Positions 1-10,224 of a stretch of 64,000 nucleotides of DNA are shown piece after piece. Under the pieces are notes generated by a model. It did not search any database and had not been told where the DNA came from. It worked only from the letters and a program-made list of their open reading frames with translations. This DNA is from an uncultured delta proteobacterium (GTDB lineage: Bacteria; Desulfobacterota; Desulfuromonadia; Desulfuromonadales; JACZKF01), in contig CAWFKQ010000016.1 in the NCBI GenBank assembly GCA_963816395.1, positions 710,274 through 774,273 of the forward strand, given 5' to 3'. Every line of letters starts with the position of its first letter. Within the stretch, counting starts at the first letter, position 1. A program made the position numbers and the translations under genes.

Positions 1-777
1 GAGGAAGAAGAAGAGCTCCAGCGGATGTTGGAAGGTGAAAAGAGGGGTCGCCAACAGCGGCTTCCAGCCGGTGGCGGCGCCGAACAGGGAATAGGCGACG
101 ATGGAGGAGACGATGCAGGGAATCAGCGCCTCGTGCTCGAATTCCGGCTCTTTATAGAGGACTTCCACGGCGAATAGGGCTCCCCCCAGCGGCGCGTGGA
201 AAGTGGCGCCGATACCGCCGGCAATGCCGGAGAGCAGCAGGATGCGCCGCTCCGCGGTCGAGAGTCCCAGACGGCTGGCGAGGAAGCTGCCGAAGCCGGC
301 ACCGATCTGGGCGATCGGTCCCTCCCGCCCCGCCGAACCGCCGGTGCCGATGGTGATCGCCGAGGCCACCCCCTTGACCCACGGCACCCGGCCGCGGATC
401 AGCCCTCCCTTGTTATGAAAGGCGTCGATGGCGGCATCGGTTCCGTGCCCTTCGGCTTCCGGCGCCAGAGTGAATACCAGCAGGCCCGAGAGCAGCCCGC
501 CCAGGGCCGGGATGAGAAAGAGAAACCAGCGGTGATGCATATGGAGGGAGGTGACCGGGGGACCGGAGAGTTTACCCGCGACGGCATGAACGGCGGGATG
601 ATAATCGGCCCAACCCTGGAGGACCCAGGCGTCGACGGTGTTGGTGGCGAAATAGAAGCCGATGGCGCCCAGGCCGGCGATCAGGCCGACCAGGGCACTG
701 AGCACCACCTGGCGGTAGACCAGGCGGATCAGCAGTCGGCGTAGCTCTTGAAAGGTTCTGGGCAGCTGAAGGCGCAT
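1..777 (-). CDS. ClC-family chloride channel / H+:Cl- antiporter (runs off the window start)
   Basis: Manual minus-strand translation from ATG 777 (MRLQLPRTFQ...) gives APEAEGHGTDAAIDAF, GTGGSAGREGPIAQIG and FHAPLGGALFAVE, which are ClC signature motifs. Not in the ORF track because it is truncated. Confidence 0.92.
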   Translation of the reverse strand, partial: MRLQLPRTFQELRRLLIRLVYRQVVLSALVGLIAGLGAIGFYFATNTVDAWVLQGWADYHPAVHAVAGKLSGPPVTSLHMHHRWFLFLIPALGGLLSGLLVFTLAPEAEGHGTDAAIDAFHNKGGLIRGRVPWVKGVASAITIGTGGSAGREGPIAQIGAGFGSFLASRLGLSTAERRILLLSGIAGGIGATFHAPLGGALFAVEVLYKEPEFEHEALIPCIVSSIVAYSLFGAATGWKPLLATPLFTFQHPLELFFFL

Positions 778-1044
778 CGGATGGTTTCCCCGGCAGCCGG
801 GCTGGAAGCGGAAATCGGCAAGGTTGTAGGGCAGGGACCCTCCACAGCCGCCCTGCTCAATGGCACCATTTTATTGTGCCTGGGAGCATACCCGAAAAGC
901 GATCCTCTTTAAACCTTTTTCTCAGGACCGGGCGGCTGTGATCGGCTGGAAAAATAGTGCGGCGCCACCTATACTAGAGAGCAGCTGCGCCTGCCGCCGC
1001 TCGCGGAACCCCGCAGTGCCCTGGACCCGTTCGGGAGACCCGCT

Positions 1045-2009
1045 GTGCTGGTTACGCTTCTTGTCCTGTCGATTCTCTTTCAGGTGACGGCGGCGGTACT
1101 GGCGCTGCGGCTTATTCCCGTTTCCCGGGGCAAGCTGGCCTGGGTCCTGATTGCCGCCGCCTTCACCCTGCGCGCCTTCCGCCTGGCTTTCCAATTCACT
1201 CTCTATATTCGTCCCGACGTGGAATATCACCCTGATTTTCGGCGATGAAGTGATCGGCCTGGCGGTCTCCGTCCTGACGGCGGCCGGGGTGTATGCGATC
1301 GGTCCGCTCTTCGCCGCCTTCCGCCGGGCCGAGGAAGCGCGGGAAATGTACATCCATGCCATCTCCCACGACCTGCGCAATCCCCTGACGCGTGGTCCAG
1401 GGCTACGCCGATCTGCTCGCCGAGCGCCTGCCGAAGACGGAACTCGATGCCGAGGCCCGCGCCGGCCTTGAGGGCATCCAGTACGGCAGCGCCCGGATGG
1501 GCGCCCTGATCGGCGACCTGGTCGATGCCGCCCGCTGGGACGGCCATCAACTGCAGCTGGAGATGCAGCCGGTCAGGCTGGAGCTCTTCCTCCCGGCACT
1601 GCTGCAACGGTCGGCGGCTTTCGTCGGCCGCGAGCGGTTGACCCTCGATTTGCCGGCCGATCTGCCGCGGGTCCTGGCCGACGAGGAGCGCCTGGAGCGT
1701 ATCGTGCTCAACCTGCTGACCAATGCCGGGCGCTACTCGCCGCCGGCCAGCCCCATAGACGTCCGGGCGCGGCTGGAAGGGAAAGAGGTGGTGATCTCAG
1801 TCCGCGACCGGGGCCGGGGCATCGCCGCCGAGGACCTGCCGCGACTCTTTGACCGATATTTCCGCGGTCGGGGCGGCGGCAGGGAAGGGGTCGGACTCGG
1901 GCTGTACATCACCCGGCTGCTGGTGGAGGCACACGGCGGCCGCATCTGGGTGGAAAGCGAACCGGGTCGGGGCAGCACCTTTTCCTTCACCCTGGCTGCC
2001 GCCCGCTGA
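1045..2009 (+). CDS. Membrane-bound sensor histidine kinase (two apparent frameshifts near 1200 and 1390)
   Basis: Hydrophobic N-terminus; H-box HAISHDLRNPLT; N-box NLLTNA; G boxes DRGRGI and GLGLYI, spread over three ORF fragments. Confidence 0.88.
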
Positions 2010-2035
2010 CTCTTTTCTCCGGCGGTCCTTTCAAA

Positions 2036-2051
2036 TGGCAGGATTGATGCA
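2036..2051 (+). promoter_or_regulatory. Candidate sigma-54 promoter upstream of the NlpC/P60 gene
   Basis: TGGCAGGATTGATGCA has GG-N10-GC spacing. Confidence 0.4.
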
Positions 2052-2213
2052 GAAGAAATCCTGCTGGGCATAGGAACAAGCTTCCTGATCCAGGGTCCGT
2101 GAAAATCCGCATGGAATCAGATTTTATCCGTGTCCCCATTGCTTTTTCGGATGGTTGTCATGGTCGCCGCTTCCCTGGTATAAACCGGGGGTGGCCGCCA
2201 GCTTTTTGGGGAA

Positions 2214-3600
2214 TGATGAAGGGAAATTTCCTGCTGCTGATTCTTCTGCTGCTTCCTATTCTGCTGCCGCCCTGGCCGGCTGCCGCCGGAATTGGCGACC
2301 TGGAGAATCTCCCGCAGGATGTCTCCGCCTATCTCGCTCCCGCGGAGTCCCGCCAGGACCTGCCCTTGTGGCCCGACCAGAAGGCTCTGGCCGCCGATTA
2401 CCTGACCCGCTATTTCGCTCCCTGGGACGGCGGCAAATGGGTGCGTCCCCGCGCCGACGCCTTCTGGATCATCGACTGGCTGAAGGGCAACCAGCTCTTC
2501 GGGGAAAACCGCCTGCCGCTGCCGCCGTCCTTCCTGGAAAACCTGGTGCGGCAGGCAGCGGTAGAAACCTATCCCAGTCTCGACCTGCGGGGAATCACCA
2601 TCCGGGACGCCGATGTGCGGGCATTGCCTACTCACCGCCCGGGCTTCCGCGATTTCGCCATCCCCGGCGAAGGCTTTCCCTTCGACTATTTCCAGAACTC
2701 CGCCCTGGCCGCCAATACCCCCCTGCGCATCCGCCACCGCTCCCTGGACGGCAGCTGGCTTTATGTTGAGGCTGGCGCCGTTTACGGCTGGCTGCCGGCC
2801 GACGAGGTCGCCCTGGTCGATGACGCCTTTGTCCATTCCTTTCGCGCCGCCGCGCCGCTGGTGCTGATCCGCGATGCGGTGCCGATTTCCGATACGGCGG
2901 GAATTTTTCGGTTCACCGGTCGTCTGGGCGCCGTTCTGCCGATGGCTAAAGCGGTCCCGGGCGGCTACCGGGTCCTGATCGCCGCCGCCGATGCCGACCG
3001 GCGGGCGGTTCTCAGGAAGGCGACCCTGGCGGCGGCGGCCGCCGCCCCCTTCCCCCTGGCCGGAACGCCGAGCAACTTTGCCGCCGTCGCCAACCGGCTC
3101 CTCGGCCAGATGTACGGCTGGGGTGGACTCTACGGCGATCGCGACTGCTCGGCTACCCTGCGCGACCTGTTTGCCGTCTTCGGTCTTTACCTGCCCCGCA
3201 ATTCGGCTCGCCAGGCGGAAACCGGTCGGGCCATTCCCCTGGACAAACTGACGCCGGAGGAAAAGGAGCGGGTCATCCTGCGGGAAGCGGTGCCCTTGCG
3301 CACCCTGCTGTGGATGAATGGCCATGTCATGCTCTACCTGGGGAATTACCGGGGGCAGGCGGCGGTACTGCACACCTTCTGGGGAGTGCGCACCCGCGAC
3401 GACCGAGGTGACGAAGGCCGGATCATCGTCGGCCGGACGGTCATCACCACCCTCCAGCCCGGCCGGGAACTGGCCGATCGCGCCCTGCCGGAAAGCGATC
3501 TGCGCTGGCGGCTGCGCGGGATGACCCTGCTCGGCCGGCCGTCCTTGCCGCCGCTCGCCGCGGCATCCGGCCGGGCTCCTCCCCGCCGGCGACTGACTCG
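2214..3600 (+). CDS. Secreted SH3-domain / NlpC-P60 cell-wall peptidase (3' end approximate)
   Basis: Signal peptide MMKGNFLLLILLLLPILLPPWPAAA; YGWGGLYGDRDCSA carries the catalytic Cys and GHVMLYLG the His. The ORF tail to 3787 overlaps a convergent gene and is probably read-through after an indel. Confidence 0.85.
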
Positions 3601-3627
3601 GGGGCAGATCCCGGGGGGGAACCCGGC

Positions 3628-3843
3628 TCAGCGCCGGGCCTCCTGCAGCGGCTGCGGGTTGCAGAGATCCCCGGCCGCATCGGCCCGCGCCCCGCAGTTG
3701 CGGCAGGCGAAGGCCGGGCGGGTGCTGCGGTTGCGGATTTCGGCCGTCATTCCGCGCTCCATCAGGTGGCACATATGGTCGCGGTGATTTCCCGGCAGGG
3801 CGCAGTAGCTGTATGTCGGCTCAGACGCTTTCTCTTCGGTCAT
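3628..3843 (-). CDS. Small Cys/His-rich putative metal-binding protein (71 aa)
   Basis: HRDHMC...FACRNCG...LCNP; GGGGAG SD-like sequence upstream. Confidence 0.7.
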   Translation of the reverse strand: MTEEKASEPTYSYCALPGNHRDHMCHLMERGMTAEIRNRSTRPAFACRNCGARADAAGDLCNPQPLQEARR

Positions 3844-3995
3844 GCTCTCGCTCCCCTGGATTCAGTGGTTTCCCCCAAGTATAGCCAATGCCCTTCGGAT
3901 GCAAGCCGCCTGCTTGGGAACCTGCTTGGGAGCCCTTGTCTTCCGCCGCGGCAGCCGCTAATATAGGTTCCACTATATTGTCACCGGAGGAAGCG

Positions 3996-4902
3996 ATGCA
4001 GATGGACGAAGACCTGATCGAACGGCTGCGGCGGGTGCTCGCCTCGGTGGAGCAGATCCTGCCCCGCGCCGTTCCCGAGATCGACTGGGCCGCCTGCCCG
4101 GCGGCCAACTGGCGCCGCCATTCCCTGGCCGGCTATCTTGAGCCGATGCGGCAGGCGGACGACATCGTCCTTGACGACCTGCTGGGAATCGATGAGCAGA
4201 AGCAGGTGGTGGAGGAAAATACCCGTCAGTTCCTGGCCGGTTATCCGGCGAACAACATCCTCCTCTGGGGAGCGCGCGGCACTGGGAAATCCTCCCTCAT
4301 CCGCGCCCTGCTCAACAGCTATGCGCCGCAGAGGCTGCGCATCGTCCAGGTCGACAAGGACGATCTGCCCTACTTGCCCGATATCTTCAGCCGCATCGAA
4401 GGGCAGCCCTACCGCTTTCTCATTTTCTGCGACGATCTCTCCTTCGAGGAGGGGGAGAAGAGCTACAAAATCCTCAAGAGCGCCCTCGATGGTTCCGTCT
4501 ACGCGGCGCCGGAGAACGCCCTCATCTACGTCACTTCCAACCGCCGCCACCTGCTCCCGGAATACACCAATGACAACCTCGGGGCGCATCTGAAGGGAGG
4601 AGAGATTCACCACGGGGAGACGGTCGAGGAAAAGATCTCCCTCTCCGACCGCTTCGGCCTCTGGGTCGCCTTCTCCCCGTTCAGCCAGGACCACTACCTG
4701 CGGGTGGCGCGCCAGTGCCTGGTCAATCTCGCCACCAGGCATGCCCTGGCTCCGACCTGGGACAAGGAAACGGAACTGGCGGCGCATCGCCTGGTCGCAC
4801 GAAAAGAGCAAGCGCTGCGGCCGCACGGCTTTCCAGTTCGCCAAGAAATGGGTGGGTAACAAGCTGCTCGCGGCCAACAGCCGGAATCTCGCCGCCGGAT
4901 AA
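3996..4902 (+). CDS. DUF815-type AAA+ ATPase (frameshift near 4787)
   Basis: Walker A GARGTGKSS, FCDDLSFE, YVTSNRRHLLPE, EEKISLSDRFGL. The C-terminus continues in another frame (RCGRTAFQFAKKW) to TAA 4902. GGAGG SD upstream. Confidence 0.88.
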
Positions 4903-4935
4903 TCCCGGCGGTCTCCCCAACTATCCCTGCGCCCT

Positions 4936-6117
4936 TCACAAGCCCCGGTCGCCCGGCGACCGTCCCGGCCGGCGCTCGCTCACCCAGACCACCACGGTCA
5001 GCACCCATCCCCAGAACCGCTCCGCCAGCCGGCCGTACCAGGCGCGGCGCAGCCATTCGGCATAGTACACTTCCCGGCTGGCGGCGAAATCGAAAGCGAA
5101 CAGTTCATGCACCCGCGCGGTTATTGCCGGGTCCTCCACTTCCTGATTGGCTTCCAGATTCCAGCGATGATTCCAGCGGTCCAGGTTGCTTGAGCCGATG
5201 CTCAGCCAATTGTCCCCGAGCAGAACCTTGGCGTGCAGGAAACGGGGCTGGTACTCATAGATGCGGACGCCGTCGCGCAGCATCTTTTCATAATAGCGGC
5301 GGCCGATGGTGCGAATTGCCGGATGGTCGGTGCGGGGGCCCGGCAGGAGCAGGCGCACATCGACGTCGGCTCGGGCGGCGCGGCGCAGCGCCCGCCGCAG
5401 CTTCCAGCTGGGAATGAAGTAGGCGGTAGCCAGCCAGACCCGGTTTTCGGCCCGGCGGATGCGCCTGATGAAGGCGCGGATGATGCCCGAGCGGGCCAAG
5501 GCGCGGGCGTGCACCACCACCCGCCCCGGGGCGCCTCCCGGCAGGGGAACGAGCGGCGCCTCCGGCAGGTCCAGGCGGGGGGCGGAGGCTTTTCCCTCCC
5601 AGTCCTCCCGGAACAGTTCCTGCCAGTCGCGTACGCAGGGGCCGCGGATCTCCAGCATCGTTTCATGCCAGTACTGGCCGGGACGGGCTGCGGGGTCGAA
5701 CTGGTCGGAAATGCCGGCACCGCCGGTGAAGGCGACCGTCCCATCGACCACCAGCAGCTTGCGGTGGGTGCGTGCCAGGTTGGCCAGCCAGCGGCCGAGG
5801 CGCAGAGGATTGTAGAAGATCAGCTCGACCCCGCCGGCGGTCAGCCGCTGGCGGTCGCCGCGGCGCAGGAGAAAAGAGCCGAAATCGTCCAGCAGCAGGC
5901 AGACCCGCACGCCACGGACGGCGGCGGCGAGCAGGGCGTCGATGAAGTGGTCGGCGATCCGCCCCGACTCGAACAGGTATATCTCCAACAGGATGTAGCG
6001 ACGGGCGGCGGCTATGCTGCCCAGCATTTCGGGGAAGAACTCGCTGCCGTCGACCAGCAGACGGAAGCGGTTTCCCTCACGGCGGGGGAAGCGGTATTTC
6101 AGCTTGGCGATAGACAT
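4936..6117 (-). CDS. clsB: Cardiolipin synthase B (phospholipase D family)
   Basis: Two HKD-type motifs (RTHRKLLVVDG and FLHAKVLLGD...IGSSNLD); GNRFRLLVDGSEFFP N-terminus. Confidence 0.85.
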   Translation of the reverse strand: MSIAKLKYRFPRREGNRFRLLVDGSEFFPEMLGSIAAARRYILLEIYLFESGRIADHFIDALLAAAVRGVRVCLLLDDFGSFLLRRGDRQRLTAGGVELIFYNPLRLGRWLANLARTHRKLLVVDGTVAFTGGAGISDQFDPAARPGQYWHETMLEIRGPCVRDWQELFREDWEGKASAPRLDLPEAPLVPLPGGAPGRVVVHARALARSGIIRAFIRRIRRAENRVWLATAYFIPSWKLRRALRRAARADVDVRLLLPGPRTDHPAIRTIGRRYYEKMLRDGVRIYEYQPRFLHAKVLLGDNWLSIGSSNLDRWNHRWNLEANQEVEDPAITARVHELFAFDFAASREVYYAEWLRRAWYGRLAERFWGWVLTVVVWVSERRPGRSPGDRGL

Positions 6118-6142
6118 CGTTTTCGGCCGGCGAAATGACTGC

Positions 6143-6174
6143 TCAGATTATACAAGATGAATGATCAGATTATA
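6143..6174 (-). promoter_or_regulatory. Tandem TATAATCTGA boxes (candidate -10 elements or operator) upstream of clsB
   Basis: The plus-strand direct repeat TCAGATTATA occurs at 6143 and 6165, 22 bp apart. Confidence 0.45.
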
Positions 6175-6251
6175 GCAGATCCCGCGCCGCCTTCCGTTTC
6201 TTCCAGACCGGCTGATGATGACGGTTAATCAGGGAGATAGAAAGCTCCACC

Positions 6252-7316
6252 TCACAGACGGTGCTTCCCGGTCAGTCCGGTCAGGTCCTCCGCCAGGGCG
6301 CGGATATCCTCGGTGGTGGTGCTCCAGGAGCACATGAAACGTGCCTGGCCGGAGCCGATGAAAGTGTAGAATTGCCAGCCGCGGGAGCGCAGGCCCTCGA
6401 TCAGCCGCGGCTCCATCTGGACGAAAACGGCGTTGGCCTGGCAGGGATGGGCGATCTCCACGCCGGCGATTCCCGTCAGGGCCTCGGCCAGCTGCCGGGC
6501 GCAGCGGTTGGCATGGGCAGCGTGGCGCAGCAGGGCGCCATCGCGCAACATGCCGATCCACGGAGCGGCGAGAAAACGCATCTTGGAGGCGAGCTGCCCC
6601 GCCTGCTTGCAGCGATAATCGAATTCCTCCGCCAGCTTCCGGTTGAAAAAGATCACCGCTTCTCCCACCGCCATGCCGCTCTTGGTGCCGCCCAGGGTGA
6701 GCACGTCCACCCCCGCCTCCCAGCTCAGCTCCCGGGGGGAGGCGCCGAGGGCCGCCAGCGCATTGGCGAAGCGGGCCCCGTCCATGTGCAGGCGCAGCCC
6801 GAGGCGGCGACAGAGGGCGCCGGTGTCCCGCAGTTCCGCTGCCGAATAGACGCTGCCCAATTCGGTCGACTGGCTGATGCTGAGCACCCGCGGCTTGGGA
6901 TGGTGGATGTCGCTGCGCCGAAGGACGGCATGTTCCACCGCCCGCAGGTCTGCCTTGCCGTGCTCCCCTGGCACCAGCAGGATTTTGGTGCCGTTGGAGA
7001 AGAATTCGGGGGCGCCGCACTCGTCCGTCTCGATATGGGCGAGCTCATGGCAGACGATGCTGTGGTACGACTGGCAGAGCGCCGAGAGAGCCAGGGAGTT
7101 GGCCGCGGTGCCGTTGAAGACGAAGAATATCTGGCAGTCGGCCGCAAAAAACTCGCGCAGCAGGTCGCAGGCCTGGGCGGTGCAGAGATCGGCGCCGTAG
7201 GACGGGGCATAACCGGCGTTGGCCTCAGCCATCGCCGCCCAGGCTTCGGGACAGATGGCCGCGTAATTGTCGCTGGCGAATTGGTTGCGAGTTGGCGCGG
7301 TGCTTGGCTGGGGCAT
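6252..7316 (-). CDS. ltaE: Low-specificity L-threonine aldolase (PLP-dependent)
   Basis: FASDNYA, VFNGTAAN, ETDECGAPEF, LHMDGARFANA, GGTK (PLP lysine), KQAGQLASKMRF. Confidence 0.92.
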   Translation of the reverse strand: MPQPSTAPTRNQFASDNYAAICPEAWAAMAEANAGYAPSYGADLCTAQACDLLREFFAADCQIFFVFNGTAANSLALSALCQSYHSIVCHELAHIETDECGAPEFFSNGTKILLVPGEHGKADLRAVEHAVLRRSDIHHPKPRVLSISQSTELGSVYSAAELRDTGALCRRLGLRLHMDGARFANALAALGASPRELSWEAGVDVLTLGGTKSGMAVGEAVIFFNRKLAEEFDYRCKQAGQLASKMRFLAAPWIGMLRDGALLRHAAHANRCARQLAEALTGIAGVEIAHPCQANAVFVQMEPRLIEGLRSRGWQFYTFIGSGQARFMCSWSTTTEDIRALAEDLTGLTGKHRL

Positions 7317-7800
7317 CGTTTCCTCCCTGGTCTCTTCAGCGAGGCGGGTTTCGTCCGAAACGGTCGCCTGCGGGGGTTGGCGGCGTCCCGATGTACGCCT
7401 GCGCGCATCCCTTGAATTCCAGCTGGTTTGGCCGCCAGCTCGTTTTTCATCCGGATGTTTTCAGATGCAATGAGCCTAGCAGGAAGCGGCAGGGGGAGCA
7501 ATTGAAAAGGCGGTCGCGAGGGATAGGCAGAAAGCTGCCAAATTGCCAAAAATAAAAAAATGTTTTGCAATTCTGCGAATCGACCGGTAGTCGAACGGAA
7601 ATCCTTGCAAGTAGCCATAATACACCGTATTATAGAAATCTAATAGCACGCAGTTAAGATAAACAAAGAAAATTACGCCCCTTTTTTTCGCAAAATTGCA
7701 AGAAAGATCCCCTTCCCACAGCCTTCGCCGGCTTCTCAGCGTAGGTTGCAAGCTGCTGAAGAAAAAGGATTCTGTCGATTTCCCCAGGGTGTATAGAACA

Positions 7801-7817
7801 TTGGTATATGACTTGCT
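7801..7817 (+). promoter_or_regulatory. Sigma-54 (-24/-12) promoter of the alpha/beta hydrolase gene
   Basis: TTGGTATATGACTTGCT fits GG-N10-GC with TTGC, about 105 bp upstream of ATG 7922. Confidence 0.65.
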
Positions 7818-7921
7818 GAAGTTGTTCCCCAGAAAACTAGGGCATTGCCAGCGGACAACGGAAGATGTCTCAACCGGCGCACTGGCGGAAAAGTAATCAT
7901 TTGGGTGAAGGAGAGAGGGTA

Positions 7922-8684
7922 ATGAAAGCAAAAATCAATCAGGCGGAAGTTGATTATGAGGATTTCGGGGGCGGCCCAGCCGTGCTGTTCCTGCACGATT
8001 ATCCCACCAATCAGGATCTGCCCGGGGGCGATTTCGCGGATCTTGCCGAAGCCGGCTACCGGGTGATCCTGAGCAATCTGCGAATCCATCGGCTGGAAAC
8101 GGAGTCCGCTGCCGATAGCGGTGCGCTGGATGCCGTAGCCCTGCTCAATTTTCTCGGGATCGGCCGTACCATTGTGTTCGGTATTTCCCTGGGGGGCTGT
8201 GTGCTTCTTGATCTGCTGGAAAAATTCCCCGGGCGGGTGGCCGCTTCCAGCCTGGTGCTGACTCCGGCCGCGGCCAAAGCTTTCCGGCGGCAGGTCAGGC
8301 GGCCGGCCGTCCGGTCCGCTCTGCTGGAGGGACGCCTGGATGAGCTGAAAACAGCGCTCAGGAAAGCACTGACCGGAAGGAAGCAGCCGCCTCCACCGGT
8401 CATGCATCAGCTGGGTGCCTGGATCCGCCGCGTCCGCAGCAGGAATCTGCAACATGCCAGCAGTTGTGAACTGCTGGCCGAAATGGAGGTGCCGCCTCTG
8501 CTGATCGAATATGAGACCGGGCGCGGCCGCTCCCGGGGTGGCGAAGAAATCGAAAGTTTCCTTCGCCACCCGGGGTTGGAAGAGGATCAAGGGGCTCAAC
8601 GCCCACTTTGTCGCGCTCCTCGATTCGCTCATTCCGCGGGACGCGGAACCAGACGAGGAAGAGATCCTCTCCGACCTGGCGTAA
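7922..8684 (+). CDS. Alpha/beta-fold hydrolase (frameshift near 8525)
   Basis: YEDFGGGPAVLFLH, nucleophile elbow GISLGG, AAGGAG SD. The alternative frame closes at TAA 8684 just before the convergent rpsD. Confidence 0.75.
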
Positions 8685-8710
8685 TAGGGCAAGACGGCGG
8701 GATCCGCTTC

Positions 8711-9340
8711 CTACTTGGAATAGAGCTCCACGATCAACCGCTCCTGGAAGGCCTGAGCGGTGAGTTCTTCCCGGACCGGCAGCGACTTGACCGAGCCGCG
8801 GTACTCGTTTCGCTGCAGTTCGATCCAGGAAGGAAAGCCGCGCCGGAGGGCGCTGTCCAGGGATTCGTTGATCCGGGCGACTTGCCGGCTTCTCGACCGC
8901 AGCTCGACGGCGTCGCCGGGGCGCACCAGGTAAGAGGGGATGTCGACCTTGCGGCCATTGAGACGGAAATGTCCGTGGTTGATCAGCTGCCGGGCCTCGG
9001 CCCGGGTGGCGCCGAACCCGAGGCGATAGACGACACTATCCAGCCGGCGCTCGAGCAGGATCAGCAGATTTTCGCCGGTGACCCCCTTCATCCGCTCGGC
9101 CTTTTCGAAGTAGGTCCGGAATTGCTTCTCACGCAACCCGTAGGTGCGCCTGGCCCGCTGTTTTTCCCGCAATTGCAAGCCATAATCGGATATCTTGCTA
9201 CGCCGCTGTCCGTGTTGCCCCGGTGGGTAATTGCGGCGCTGGATGCCACATTTTTCCGACAAGCTCCTGTCCCCTTTGAGGGACAGGCACATCCCTTCCC
9301 GGCGGCAGAGCCGGCAGACGGGTCCGATATATCTTCCCAA
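8711..9340 (-). CDS. rpsD: 30S ribosomal protein S4, stand-alone copy outside the alpha operon
   Basis: [58 protein letters not shown] start. Confidence 0.96.
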   Translation of the reverse strand: MGRYIGPVCRLCRREGMCLSLKGDRSLSEKCGIQRRNYPPGQHGQRRSKISDYGLQLREKQRARRTYGLREKQFRTYFEKAERMKGVTGENLLILLERRLDSVVYRLGFGATRAEARQLINHGHFRLNGRKVDIPSYLVRPGDAVELRSRSRQVARINESLDSALRRGFPSWIELQRNEYRGSVKSLPVREELTAQAFQERLIVELYSK

Positions 9341-9574
9341 AAGTAATCTCCTTCTGTGGGTCGGTTTATTTTATGACCAGATAGGTCTTCTTTTTTCTAC
9401 CACCATTCGGAAAATATTTCCAGTGCCGAGGGGGAAAGGGGCGGAAGCGACGAGAAGATCGTCCACCAGGAGGCAGGGGAGATGCCCAGGGAACTTGCCT
9501 GGGGGAGGTAAGGACACCACGATACCGGGGCAGCCGAGCGGCCGCCCCTTTTGCTTCGACCAGCGGCAGCCTGC

Positions 9575-10045
9575 TTATTCTTCCCAGTAGGGGGCCACCC
9601 CGTAATAATCGGCAATCCGGCGATGAAAATCCATCGGCTCCTGCCCCGGAGCGGGAATCGGGGCGTTTACCAACTGCTGTTTATCCACGTTCAAAATGAT
9701 TTCGTCGTTCTCTACCGTTAAAGCATTTACCGGAACCAGGCGAAGGTCTTCCTCCGCCAGGGAGTTGCCCGTATCGACCAGGGCATAGGCAACCTTCTCG
9801 ATCTTGGGATCGACCAGGAAGCTGACGACGACGCCCAGCTCTTCTCCCTGCTGATTTTTGATGATCAGTTGGTCGGTGGCGGCCTGGTTGCCAGCCTGAT
9901 TAGCGCCATCCGTGCCGGTTGTCCTGGACCTCCCGTTGGTCGTTGCTCCTGCCTCGACTCCTGCGGCAAAAACAGCAGGGGCGAGTGCGACACTCAGCGT
10001 GGTAGCTAAAAGAAGCATTTTTAAGAGAAGTATTTTTCCCTTCAT
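9575..10045 (-). CDS. Exported PRC-barrel domain protein
   Basis: Signal peptide; IKNQQGEELGVVVSFLVDP...VAYALV...LVPVNAL...YYGVAPYW. Confidence 0.8.
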   Translation of the reverse strand: MKGKILLLKMLLLATTLSVALAPAVFAAGVEAGATTNGRSRTTGTDGANQAGNQAATDQLIIKNQQGEELGVVVSFLVDPKIEKVAYALVDTGNSLAEEDLRLVPVNALTVENDEIILNVDKQQLVNAPIPAPGQEPMDFHRRIADYYGVAPYWEE

Positions 10046-10224
10046 GGACTATCCCTTTCTCCCTCCTGACGCTTAGACATTACCTTTTCGCAACGGGATG
10101 TCAAAGAGCCACTGCGGTTGACTTTTCCCGGGTGGCGGGAGTGTAATGAAGAACAGCTGGAGTGAATGCTCCGGCATTTTTTCGTTTGGGACAGGTCCCG
10201 GGGGACCACTCTGCAGATACGGCT

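Noticed and set aside
778..900. Fluoride riboswitch or CLC-F exporter
   Set aside because: No crcB consensus was found, and the protein has GHGTD/GREGP rather than the GNNLI/GREGT motifs of CLC-F.
2117..3772. Long antisense ORFs (this one and, for example, 5233-6138, 21812-23251, 32181-33629, 36569-37906)
   Set aside because: Shadow frames of real genes in high-GC DNA; no motifs or ribosome-binding sites.
7320..7560. Glycine riboswitch upstream of threonine aldolase
   Set aside because: The conserved GGAGA...CCGAAG...CUCUCAGG elements were not found.
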